A DNA stretch of 63,977 bases, filler included, from Sphacelaria rigidula (lineage: Eukaryota): NCBI GenBank assembly GCA_964200075.2. It is 3 parts of 3 records of this genome, joined end to end, with 100 filler letters (N's around TTAATTAATTAA, not from the genome) between each part and the next. Parts side by side here need not be neighbours in the genome. Positions count along the whole stretch, not along the records: positions 1 to 21,805 come from CAXNAA020000383.1; positions 21,906 to 43,707 come from CAXNAA020000384.1; 1 more part is not named here. One strand, written 5' to 3'. The position numbers and the translations under genes were made by a program. Every line of letters starts with the position of its first letter. Within the stretch, counting starts at the first letter, position 1. Below are positions 11,501-22,492 of this stretch, in pieces. Under the pieces are notes generated by a model. It ran no database searches, was not told the DNA's origin, and saw only the letters and a list, made by a program, of their open reading frames with translations.

Positions 11501-14500
11501 CGGTTTCATGTCGACGTTCGAACGTACCGCTAAAGTAATTGAGGATGGTGACCGATCTACCCCACCTACACGGCATACCATGTTCACAGCATTGCATCAA
11601 ATATTTCGAATTAGAACATCTCCGGTGCTTCGACCGCTATACTACCAAAGAAGACAACAAACTATCTGCTATGAGGGTGTTCATTAGGAGGACGACGTAC
11701 CCACTGAACCACTCAGTCAGCGCTGAGTTTACGGTCTGTCGTGTAGTTCCTGGCAATGTAGCACGATAACCGGCACGTTTCAAGCCGGTGCACACGAAGG
11801 AGAAACAACTTGTTACGGTGGTGTATTTAGAGGCCAGGTTTTGTCCCACCACGTGACGGTGACCACTTGTGTGGAGACACCTGACAAAAGCCGCCGCAGC
11901 ACACTAATATACACCGTAGAGTAGAGTGCCCGCATGTTTGGTTTGGGTGTGAGCACAAACACGTGCACTGCGGTCGGGATCCTCCGTCAGCCGCCCCAGC
12001 AGTTCTTCTCTTCAGGTGAGAGACGGTGTTGACCCCGTACTTTGCGGCAATGCAGTGAAAGGCCTGCTGAGTCTTGCATAAGGCTGTACCGTATTGAAGC
12101 AGGGCATATCAGATGGGCCGGCGGCTGGGTTTTAACACAGCCAAACTCTCCCTGAAGTATGCCGCCTTGACGTGGGATCCTATCGCAGTGAAAATGCCTT
12201 GCGAATTCAGCAACGTATACCGATTAACTTTTTCGATCTTCATATGATGCAGGGTCGAGGTGCCCAGTGCCGATCTGGGTTCGGTGCATCCTACCCGCCA
12301 GCTAGAAATTCCACTTGGGCAGCCGTGTGCCCTTGGCGTGGAGAGGCTTAGACTGGGTCGAATTCCGCAGGGTGCGGTGTTCTCGAGGGTCGTTTCCCTT
12401 CGGAATTGTCTTTCTTCTGAGGTGAGACGAGGGAGCACTGCCTACACGTTCCTACCTCGGTATTGCATTGTGCTAGTGTTTCCTCATCCCACGGTAAAAA
12501 ACAAACTACTGTCGTTCTTCCGAGGTAGGCGCGAAGATTCTTCCGACCAGAAGGGCGCACCTCTAGTTGGTCGTCAAAAACGCCACGCTCAACACGATGG
12601 AAAACGATTGCTGTAAATGATGAATGGCGAGGCACACTCTGCTGCTGTGAACGACTGGTAGTTCTGATGCTATCAGCTGTCCTTCGTGCCTACTTTCCTG
12701 CATTTTTTGTGTCCTGTACTTTCCTTGTAGTGCATGGGTAGCCCACGTCGTCATCGAATCGCGTCACCAGGAGAAACAGAAGCAAGCGGGTAATATATCT
12801 CCTGATGCATGACGCTTATTCAGCACAAGAGTTGAATTGCCCATTTTGCAGTATTTTTGAGTCAGTTGCAGCCGAAACTTGGTCTCACACCGTGGAATGC
12901 CGGGAGGGTAATTCAAACTGGGGCTAGAGCCACCTCAGCTTCAATCTTAGCAAAATTACACGATGTCTCTCCATTTTTGCGTGTGAAATACACCTGCCAT
13001 TCAACGTTGAAACTCAAAGGATATACGGCCGAACTGTATTAGACACGCGTTTTCTCAATGGAATTCTTCTTTGATATAATCGGAAGATGTGTTTTTTCCA
13101 CGGCATAACCAGGAAACGATGATTCGTAACTTCGTTTGAACTCCTCCAACGACTCACGTGATTTACCTTACCTTTATTACGAATAATGTTAACATTGTTA
13201 TGTTTTGTTCTGTGTCTTTTTTCGACTCGCTTCCATGAAGACCGTGGAGTACAGCTGGGATCCTCAACACTCAGGGCTAGAAGCACCGCTACTGTCGTCT
13301 GGAGTCGTGACCGTACAACCGATCGAGGGGAAAATAAAGGCGGGCCAAACGGTGCTGCTGCAGGTCACGATTTCAGCGAACTGCGGACCGCGAATGCTTG
13401 GCCACCGGCCTATGCGATGCCTCGCGCGGGCGGTTCCTCCTACTGAGGTGAGCCGCACGCGGTTGCGTAACAGCAAGGAACACTCTGATGTCTCAACCGC
13501 ATTATGGGTAACGAAAACCACAATGTCCGAAGCGCGTTTCTGGAGGGCCCTCAGTTATGACACAGATTTCTGCTACTTGCCGCCAACGTGGCTTGTTGCT
13601 ACTTGCCGGCTACGTGGGAAGTGCGGAGCCACAACCTTTCTGTCTTGACAGGCCGCTGACTTCCCCTGAAGCCAGCGAGTGATGAGAAGATTTTGACAGC
13701 ATCTGTAATACCCAATGTTTTGGCGCGTCCGGGACAGGACGATAACTGTCGCTGATTCCTACGAATCGTCCGTGGAACGGTGTCAGTATGGCAATCTTGT
13801 TACGACACAACCAATCAATCAATCAAACAAACAAACACGCATTTGGACGACCTGTTAGAAGCCCTATCTTAGTTAAGGAGTGTTGTCTGAGAGACGTTCA
13901 GCTATTGGGATGACTTTGCTTCCGTACGGGGCAAATGGTGTTTTCAATCCAGCAGACACTGCAATACGTGACATTGGTTTCCAATACATTTACATGCAGA
14001 CACTCTAGACAATCAGACGGTGGTCGAATGATACATCGTGTCCCCACTCGGATAGAGAGCATCTATTGCACAGGCAGTTCGGACAGTGGACTGAAAGATG
14101 GCCTCTCGGCATGTCTTGGAAACTGAAAAACTGTCCACACGCAGGAGGTCCGTTCTCGAAAGCCCAAATCCCGGCTGGAAAGCCGAATGGAGGAAGAGAG
14201 GCAAGCGCGCGCTAGGACACCGCAACCTCGTGTTCCCGTGGTCTCTCGTCCTACAGCAGCGCGCACGAACTATATGGTAGAGATGGTGCGTGTGCTATCT
14301 ACCTCTTCGGGAGCACCAGGTGGGTCACTCGAGAATACGCGGCGATGAGGTTGGAAGGTAGCGCTTTCATGGCATCATGCACTTAGGAGGGGTGCATCTC
14401 CCCCGCCAGGAAGCCGTTTTGGCGTCATCCTACGATAGGGGAGAGGGGGGGGGGGGGGGGGGGGGATGTGATTGCACGAAAAAAGAGGCCCATAGGTGTA

Positions 14501-17500
14501 TCAGACGACCTGCCACACTCGCAAAGCGCTTGTATTCGATTAAAAACGGCGTCAAGCAGTATGAATGAGCGTTATAATTTGACTTGGAATTTCGTGCAAA
14601 ACGTGGCCCGAAATACCCCCCCTTCCCTATCGTAGGATGACTCTTCAGTTCTAGCGAAACATGTAAACCGCCATCTCCACCCAGAGAATGTATAACATCT
14701 ATCCTTGCACGACATGTTGAGGGAAAAGGAGAATATTTAACTAGTACTACCATCCAACAGCTGCATACGTGGGGATCGACCGACTGGTCGATTCTTCATC
14801 GCACATGAGATGATCTCCCAGTAACCCTAACCCGTGCTCAGTGGATAGACGTACCCACGGTAAACGGACACGGAGTTTTTCTTCCGAGGAATCTCGAGCG
14901 GAGGGGGGGAACGGGGAGACTGCTCTGATATACCCAGAAGAGGTTGTGATGCCGATTATTTCTGGCAATATCGCGTCGTTTAGTAGTGCGATGCGGATGG
15001 ACAGTACTATATGAGCAACGGTGTGCGATAACACAACACATCCACATAATGTATCCTGTACACCATTCTGACTGACAGTGAGGCTCCCTCAGTGTGGGAT
15101 ATTTACATTCAGCTTTCGTCAGGCGAGCAACAAACGTGTGATACTGAACAAACAATACACAAAGTTTGACATTAAATTTAGAATCCAGAACACGTGGACT
15201 GAATCATATTTTGTTGGAAAATTCTGTGCGTGCTCCAGACAGACACAGTTATGGTAACGTTCCAGTTTTCAGGGGGAAGGAGAAACCCACTTTTGTTCAA
15301 TACGGAGGGTGAACAATCGCTTCATTCCCTTTCGTGAAACAACCTAGGCTTCGGCATTAGCTCTACTACTGCCACTGGAGGTGAGCAGGGGGAGGGAGGG
15401 CGTGTCTTGGTGCCACATTACCCGACGTCTACCGTTGTGCCGCCGGTGCCACAAGCTTTGGCGGAGGCCATGGCAGAAAGGACACGCAGAATGGACCTCG
15501 CTAATGGAGTGAGGTAAACGGCTTTATGCGGAAGGGCCGACGTAGGAATGGGGGGCTACGATTAGCCGTGCATATAAACATTCACCGCCTGTACTGTTGT
15601 GCGCACAGTCGCGAACGAACCACAGTAGATGTGGCTGCACTTTTGTAAAAGTACGTTTAAGCGCATGATCGCAGATGGAAGTATCGCTCCAGTGGATGCT
15701 CTCTGTTTGCCAACTCATATGTTCCCGACAATCGATCTGTGTTGTTGTTGCATTCACGTTAGAAACCGTTCCGATATCTGATGCGGACGCCTTACGTGGT
15801 CACAGGCTATCTGCCCAAAACAACGTGGTTAAATAAATCAAAGAGAATATAATAGGACCCGGAAAAATTCACACAGACGCGATGCAAAAATACAAAAAGG
15901 AAATACCGCTGACCTCATGAATTCCGGTGCCGCAGGCGACCATTCGGACTGCTGGAGGCAGAGCCTATTGGTTCCACGCGGGACGCGAAGCTCAGCAGAA
16001 ATAAAGCCAAACTCAGGAACGAAATATCAACAACCGTAGCAATAATAATCGCATGATTCTGATAGCCGTATGTACGAATATACTAGACATAACAAGAAAA
16101 GCACCACATAACAACACACCACGTTGGGGGAGGCATACATTGGGAGGCAGGTATTATTGCAGCAAGAAAAAGAAAGACATGGGGGGATGGTGGGGATTCC
16201 TGCGACCTCCGCCATGTTCGGTCCTCCGGTACAAATCTGGCTACACGTTCTGCCATATAGCTCCTGCTCTCCTTGGCCGCATTGGTAAGCTCAATTTGAG
16301 CCATTCTTCGCCTGTTCCCCTTTTTATCCCCACCCATCCCCTGAGTCATTGCCACTGTTGTGCTGGTGTTGTTGACGTGCCGTTTAATCGCGGGTATTCG
16401 ACTGGCCCCCTCCTCGCCCTTGCGCCATGAGGCCATAAACCTCTCCGCTCCACGCAGCACCCCCACGTGCCACTGTATCCCTCTCTCCTTCCTTATTACT
16501 GAGGGTCAGAGGACACTTTCAACGCCGAATGTCTGTCGGTCGTCGTCCGTAGAGCCGCCTGTGGCCCCGAAAACTTGAAGATAGTCACTCAGGCACTGCA
16601 GCCAGTTTTGCTCCGGGCACGCTGGCCCTGGGTCCTCCCCCCCCCGAGTGTTTCGAATGCCAGTCGCTTCTGTAGTCGTTCGTCTGGTTGTCCAGCCAGG
16701 GCTCCCGCGAACAGCAGTCGCCGCTGCTGGACGGTGGCTTCAACACTTTGTCATCCGGTCTTCTTGAGGGCCTGGGCGTACACCAGCTGTCGGTGTGTGC
16801 CGCGCACGCAGCGGTACCCGATAACTCGCAGGAGGAATCGGTAGTGTACCGCTCTCAGCTATAGTGCTCGCGGCGGAGGGGAGCACTTCATGGATCCGTA
16901 CATATGTATATGAACATAATGCGTACCGTCATACTCTATTTTTCTCCACGCAAATGAAGATCGGGTGCTTTGGGTGTTTTCGGCTGTCGAACTACATCGA
17001 ACTCAAGGACACGCCAGAAAAATACAATATCTTGGAAGCGGCGGGCAAGCCCTTGCCCTCCCTTTCAAGGATTACGGTTCTTGAGAAATGAAACAACGGG
17101 AATGCTGCATCGTTTGTGTTTTTCTCGACCCTATACGTATGCCATGTCATTTCACGCCAGGCAAGAAACACGAGAGCGACTCTAAGTTGTGTCGCAAGCT
17201 CGTATAAACGCTTCCGGGATCGGGGTGAGGAGGGACGCTGAGTTTTGCGTCCCCTCCGCTCTGAACTTTCCCTACCGCTCTTTGACGGGTCACCGTTCCA
17301 GAACATCGTCTCATGGGGGGAGCAGCCGAGGCGATGGCGGTGTTGGTGTTCTATCGGATTCAAAACGGGGCACGACCGCAAGTACGGAGTATCAGGTGTG
17401 TCGACAACTTAACACAGCAGGGGTCACAACTTATTGTTGCAGTTTCGTATGCGGGGTGCGACTTATGTGTGGTCACACTCGCGACATACAACACCGGCCC

Positions 17501-20500
17501 GCCGCGGTGGAATTTGGTGAACTATAGCAAGAGCGGGTCAACATACCATCATCGTTTGCGAGGGAAAAGTAAACATGTGACCTCGTTGGTGTTCATCCCT
17601 TACATTTGTCTCCTCTGCATATCTGCACTGCAGGCTTTCCACACAGCACTCGGTATATTTCACTCGCAAGGCCTTGTTACGTTTCCTGTACTTTTCACAT
17701 GAACAAAGTTTTAGTCTCCCGCGCGGTTTCATATCGTGCGGCTAGCGTGAGATATGGTTTCCATACGTGTCGAGTCATGAATTCCACAACTGGCATGCCT
17801 ATAGATAATGTTTTCCGAGCTGCACCATAGAAAGTACGTCTGTATCGGAAACAGAAACCAAATGTACAGGTGCCAAGTAGAATCATCATGACGTTCTATT
17901 TACTTGATAGCCAACGTGGAGTTGGATATATATCTCCAGCACGATCCAGGTATTGTCATAGTCACAGGGGTTTTGCCCACATACCCATGCGTCCGATGGT
18001 GGAGTTATGAGAGTCAACAAAAAGATCTACTAGCATTCGTGCTCACTGTCTCGAACCATGGAATCACATCCACGGTAAACGAAAAGCAAAATCATAGCCT
18101 ACGGAAGTGCCTGCATTCTAAATATTTAAAAGACATCTCTCATTCGACGAGACGATGACGCGGAGCAGGTTCTATCCCACCAGATTGATTGGTTGATGGA
18201 TTGTTGTCAACAAAGTGGTCCGCGATGAATCCGGTCTTGGTCATTAGATAGAAGATACACGTACTGAAGGTTGAAAAACGGGAGGAATGGCTGAGAGAAA
18301 CTAGAGATAGAAATCGCGAATGTGGAACCAAAGGATAGGACAAACACTCTGAATGCCAGTGTACATCGTGGAGCATTTTCGGCGCAATGTAGTAGACGCG
18401 AGTAGTGCGTGGTGTCACTTGAGTGTGATCCAGCACGGCTCGCGCACCAGCGCAAGAATCTGGTGCCTCCACGCTACATCGAGTATGAGCTGCTATAACG
18501 GCGTAACGGAACATCGTTCAGCCGAATAGTTACGAAGGGACGTCGTGCATTGGGCAAATAGAGTACTCTCGAGCATGAGACACATGCGTTGTTACGGAGA
18601 CGAATATCATCAGGTGTTTTCAGTGCAAGAATCGTTCATGGCCCCGTTCTGTCAAATTCAAGGAGCGAGGTCATGGGTAGGAAGTTGACCACTGAAGACG
18701 ACCCCAAGGCCGGGAAAGTGGTCCACATGTAGCGTGTTTAACGAAGTCGTTCCCCAATGCACATGAACTAGGGGTCATTCTCCGCACTGACGATGACAGT
18801 CCACCCGAGGAACCTTAATTTAACGCTTCGTATGCTTCCGGTGTTCACCAGCAAGCCAAGGAACGTGGCTCCTGTACTGTCGAAGGGAAGAAAGAGAAGA
18901 GGGGGGCGTACTATTTGTTTTGTTTGCCTTAGTCATTTGACCATTGACCACGCATCCCTTTCGAGACGGAGCATCGTGAAGAAAGGGGAGGAGTCGAAAT
19001 ATCGCCAAGTAGGAGTCAATGATTGAAATTTGAATAACAATATATACATATTGTGCCATAACAGCATTCACTTCTCGCAATAGTGTGGTTCCTACAAAGC
19101 TGAGCCACCACCGTCTTTCCTGGTCTCTTCCTTTCTGTGTGTACAGCCTCATAGCTCAAGCCATAGGACATGGACCGGCAATTTCGTGTTTATAGTTTTT
19201 CGCTACCTTTCTCTTCATTCCCATCGGGGTTGGTACTAGATCTACCTCGGCGGTTTCTCGTTTTCCCCGTTTCTTACCACTTCTTGTCGCCCCTCTCCCC
19301 GCCACTTGCCTTGTAATGACTCCACAGTTGCCTCATCGCCTTCTCCCTAGCTCGAGGTTCTTGTATGGAGTGTTTCCGTTTCGTTCATTTTTGGTATGTC
19401 AATGGTGTGAAAACGACCGGATTCATCAGAAATCAGTTAATGCACGTTTTCAACCAATTAATCGATCAATGAATCGACGTCTCTCTACGCGCACATACAC
19501 CACCCGTGCAGAACGTGTGTATTTTGGCGCCTCGGCGTCTGTTTCCGCTGCCGAGACGAGCGATACATTCATTTTTCCAAATCGGAATGAGTTGCTCTCG
19601 AGAGGATTCCAGCGTACTTTGCCGGTTTTGGCGCTAGTAGGCTAGACTGTTGGGAGTGCAGACAAGGAAAACGCCACGCTATCTTCCCTCCCCGCCGTCC
19701 TGCTCACACAGAGCACGTGCGTCAGCGATTCCCACGGTCGGTCCGCCAGGATTGTACCTGGTGCGTACACCCTAGCTGCCTTAGCACGGCTATACAGCCT
19801 GCCATAGTATGTCGAGTATACGCCCCTGCCAAAGTCATGCGAGCGACAGTAGCTATATTTTATCACCGTCACTGCGCCTGCTGCTGTTCGTTCATGAGCG
19901 GGCTGTTTATAGCGTGCAAACTCGGAACCCTGGACGTACATTTGTACAACAAAGAGTCGCCCGACGTTCCGAGGTTGGGACATGTGAACGCACACGCCAC
20001 GCTTGGGGTATTTAGCGCTGTAAACATCGTGGGAAGCGGTCGAAAAGTGCGCAACCATCCTTGTTTTGTCTTTGTCGCGACAGCAAATCTTCAATACTTT
20101 GCTCTTCAGGCGCGCCAGAAACAGGTCCAAATTCCGCGAGGTTCAGGGAATCGCCAGAGTTCACGTCTGGCTTAGGCAGAAACGTTATGGAAACAGTTGT
20201 ACCTGTGGCTTGCGCTGCGACCACCAGGTGCACCTCTTTTCGGAGAACCACATATTAGAGGAGTTAAGGTTTTGCACGCTGAATTTTGACGCCAAAACTT
20301 CCAGCTATACCGTGATCTGTCCTTTTCCTAAAGAAAGGTGGCTGCTGTGCGCTGAAATTCTCTCAGATCTAGCACAAGGCGCTTTGATGCGGCAGGTGAT
20401 GCGAACTCCTGTTTTGAAAGCCGAAGTGCCAAAACAGATACTCCCCAGACGATCTTTCGCCACCACAAGACGTAGTCTAGAAGTCATTTTTCAACAAACG

Positions 20501-21541
20501 AGAAAAGTGAATGCCCGTCTTCGCCGACTTCGATGGCATAATCATAAGTCACATGCATACTACAACGCAGTATTTGCTGTGCCCAGTACATCCTGCAATG
20601 ATGCCGTCTCACGGTACATACTTGGCGTACCAGCAGGATTCTGCCATGGGTACGGTCAGGGGCGGAAGCACGAGTCGTGGCCACAGCAGTCACGGGCAGC
20701 CAGATAAACCATCCGCAGTGACGGGAGGTACCTGCCTGCTGCGCCTGGAGATAGAGGGAGAGGTACTGTAATAGCCATGTGTCCGTCTGCAGAATAATAC
20801 CGCCACTGAAGTAAACTGAAGTGCCAGAGGAAGACCGAAGTCAATCTCGACAAACAGAAAATTGTCTTATTCGGAATAAGGTCCCATACACGGAGTCAAG
20901 TATACCATAAATAGTTTAGAAAAAGTTGCATTTTCTGGTCGTCGATGTTCTTTCATACTTTCACTCTGTCGGATCGCCAGTTTGTTTCTTCCTTTCGTTG
21001 GGAAAATAAACTACACGTTTGCATATTTTGACTACCCTCGACTCCATTTTTTCGGACTTCCCCAAGCGCTGGTTTGCACTCAGAAGTCCCCCAAAGTGCA
21101 TGGGTACAACTTCAGTCTGTCAGGATCAGTACACAGCATCCCCAAAAGATCTGAGTCGGGCACGACGACTTCAATAGCACCCCGGCGGTGCACTGATCCC
21201 CCCAGGTGGTCTGCATTGACACATACCGAACTCTCTTCGGGGCACGAGATGGTTTCAATGCGAAAGAAGCCGTCATCGAAGCGGTGGAAAATGACTCGTG
21301 GAACGCCGGCAATAAAATCAACGCCACCGAGTCCGACGATGATGTTGGCACCAGCGAGATGAACTCGAAGGCAATGGAATCCTTCCTTGTGCCCAAGCCG
21401 CACGAGTATGTACCCGATTGGCCCGCGTTCGGTTCTAGTAAGGGATATGAAAGCGGCGGAAAGAGTGACAACGGAGTGAAATATGATCAAGGTGGTACGT
21501 CGCGGGGATATGCGCTCGAGGCTCGCGCAGACGATGCCGAG
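2518..21541 (+). CDS. CFAP65: CFAP65/CCDC108-like cilia- and flagella-associated protein, 3' portion (partial, spliced)
   Basis: Manually spliced GT-AG exons with consistent phases: 2518-2711, 12253-12421, 13241-13447, 14145-14319, 15348-15513, 17302-17395, 20637-20762, 21206-21541. Joined peptide includes GIIPLRCRVTGRVEVP...LGQPCALGVERLRLGRIPQGAVFSRVVSLRNCLSSETVEYSWDPQ...GVVTVQPIEGKIKAGQTVLLQVTISAN, resembling the last Ig-like (ASH/MSP-type) domain of CFAP65 as recalled (PGQxxxLSxxxIxLGxIPxxxxxSRLLFLxN...FSW...VxVxPxxGxVxPxE). A later CLLRLEIEGEVVCIDTYRTLF segment also fits. 5' exons lie upstream or were not found; the 3' end runs into the gap. Confidence 0.75.
2712..12252. pseudogene. Cluster of degenerate intronless ORF relics (possible endogenous viral element or large-transposon cargo) inside a 9.5-kb CFAP65 intron
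   Basis: Protein-like frames persist across scattered stops and frameshifts at about 3100-4040 (-), 4311-5397 (+), 8832-9238 (+), 9350-10075 (+) and 11100-11550 (-). Spacers are short and no splicing is needed. No diagnostic viral core motif was recognised. Confidence 0.4.
6900..7383 (+). repeat. Diverged tandem duplication, two units of about 242 bp
   Basis: tgcagactcgctttcctaccttggagtgcacgacctacct at 6901 versus tgcggactcgctttcctaccacggagtgcacgacctgcct at 7143. Similarity continues through gtcttgaaat(a/g)gtcttga and ctgtctgctgatag...tgtaacgt. Confidence 0.9.
14424..14641. mobile_element. MITE with 17-bp perfect terminal inverted repeats
   Basis: gtcatcctacgataggg at the start and ccctatcgtaggatgac at the end. 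A related diverged copy lies at about 53395-53625 (aaaaaagagg...tcagacgacct...tggaatttcg...tggccc...ccctatcgtag). Confidence 0.75.
16081..16850 (-). mobile_element. 5'-truncated, degenerate RTE-clade non-LTR retrotransposon (region C-terminal to the RT domain plus 3' tail)
   Basis: Minus-strand translation RFLLRVIGYR...YAQALKKTG*QSVEATVQQRRLLFAGALAGQPDERLQKRLAFETLGG...NWLQCLSDYLQVFGAT...WHVGVLRGAERFMASW matches the typical RTE C-terminal pattern. Confidence 0.85.
18901..18973 (+). repeat. Short dispersed repeat (second copy 47471-47542)
   Basis: Shared core gaccattgaccacgcatccctttcgagacggagca, preceded by ggggggcgtact in both copies. Confidence 0.85.
19700..20300 (-). mobile_element. Possible KDZ (Kyakuja-Dileera-Zisupton)-type transposase relic
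   Basis: Frameshifted fragments ALFDRFP and LYKCTSRVPSLHAINSPLMNEQQQAQ*R**NIATVARMT resemble the KDZ C-terminal motifs D-x-FH ... INSxxxEQxNxxL...M. Very degenerate. Confidence 0.3.
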
Positions 21542-21805
21542 GTGAGCTTGGCGATGTTTAAAAGCAGTCGCATCCATCATGATACCTGAGTGTAGGAGAA
21601 GGTCTGACACTTTCTGCGGTAGCCCCCACCCCCCGGAACCAGCCCACAAGTGTCACGAAGAAAATGGTCATACATCGCCTGATGTTTGATTTAAGGCTGC
21701 GTGAAGCGCCTCGTAAGAGGCACATTGGGGAGAACGAACCAACAAACAGCCGATCCTAATTTTTGGGGTTGAAACATAAAATGAGGTTGAAGTCCCATTT
21801 CTCCG

Positions 21806-21905
21806 NNNNNNNNNNNNNNNNNNNNNNNNNNNNNNNNNNNNNNNNNNNNTTAATTAATTAANNNNNNNNNNNNNNNNNNNNNNNNNNNNNNNNNNNNNNN
21901 NNNNN
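21806..21905. other. Assembly spacer (N run with TTAATTAATTAA linker)
   Basis: Exactly 100 bp with a central palindromic linker giving stops in all six frames; artificial. Confidence 0.97.
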
Positions 21906-22492
21906 GGGGGGGGGGGGGGGGGCATGTATGTGGTGCAGTTACAAGCGAGACATTACGTCGCTGAAGCCGATGGGTGTAGCCTGATAAGATCGTCATTTTT
22001 CCAGGCGATTCGCTCCCGCTGTAGCAGCGGGAAAAGGCGCATGAACCTTCCAGAACAGGGGCCTTGCTGGAAACGTTGTGCTCCTTGTTTCGTAGGATTT
22101 TTCATGATGTTTGTGTTTGTGTTTGTGTTGGTGTTTTTGTGTGGGGCATACAGGAGTCGGAAAAGCCCGGTAACGACACTGCTGATGAGGGCCTTCAACG
22201 AGCTCTGCACGCAGCGATTTTTCGCCGAGGTTCCGCCTCGATGTCCTCATTTCATTTTTGCCAATAGCAGCCGAGCTAACCCAATCAAAAGCCGTGTATG
22301 GTAGTTGATACCTCCATTTCTGATTGCCTTCTCCCTGTTCTTGCCCCATACTTTCACTGCATCGGAGATGAAATGCCCATGATGAGCTCTAACGGCAGCG
22401 CAGCACGTTAGCTGACCACTATTTCCTTCTCCACGTGGGATTATTTGATTGGTCGACTCTTTTTTCATTGGCATCCCACGTCCTCCTCGTAG

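Noticed and set aside
15936..16070. Extra CFAP65 exon after ccgcag
   Set aside because: Not needed: 15513 joins 17302 in phase, and frames here hit stops before a convincing donor.
18560..18810. Additional RTE-LINE fragments (also about 47630-47810)
   Set aside because: Only faint motif resemblance; too degenerate to delimit.
21080..21649. 189-aa minus-strand ORF
   Set aside because: Antisense shadow of the CFAP65-like exon 21206-21541.
21850..21861. TTAATTAATTAA palindrome (also at 43752-43763)
   Set aside because: Synthetic all-frame-stop linker inside N runs, not biological.
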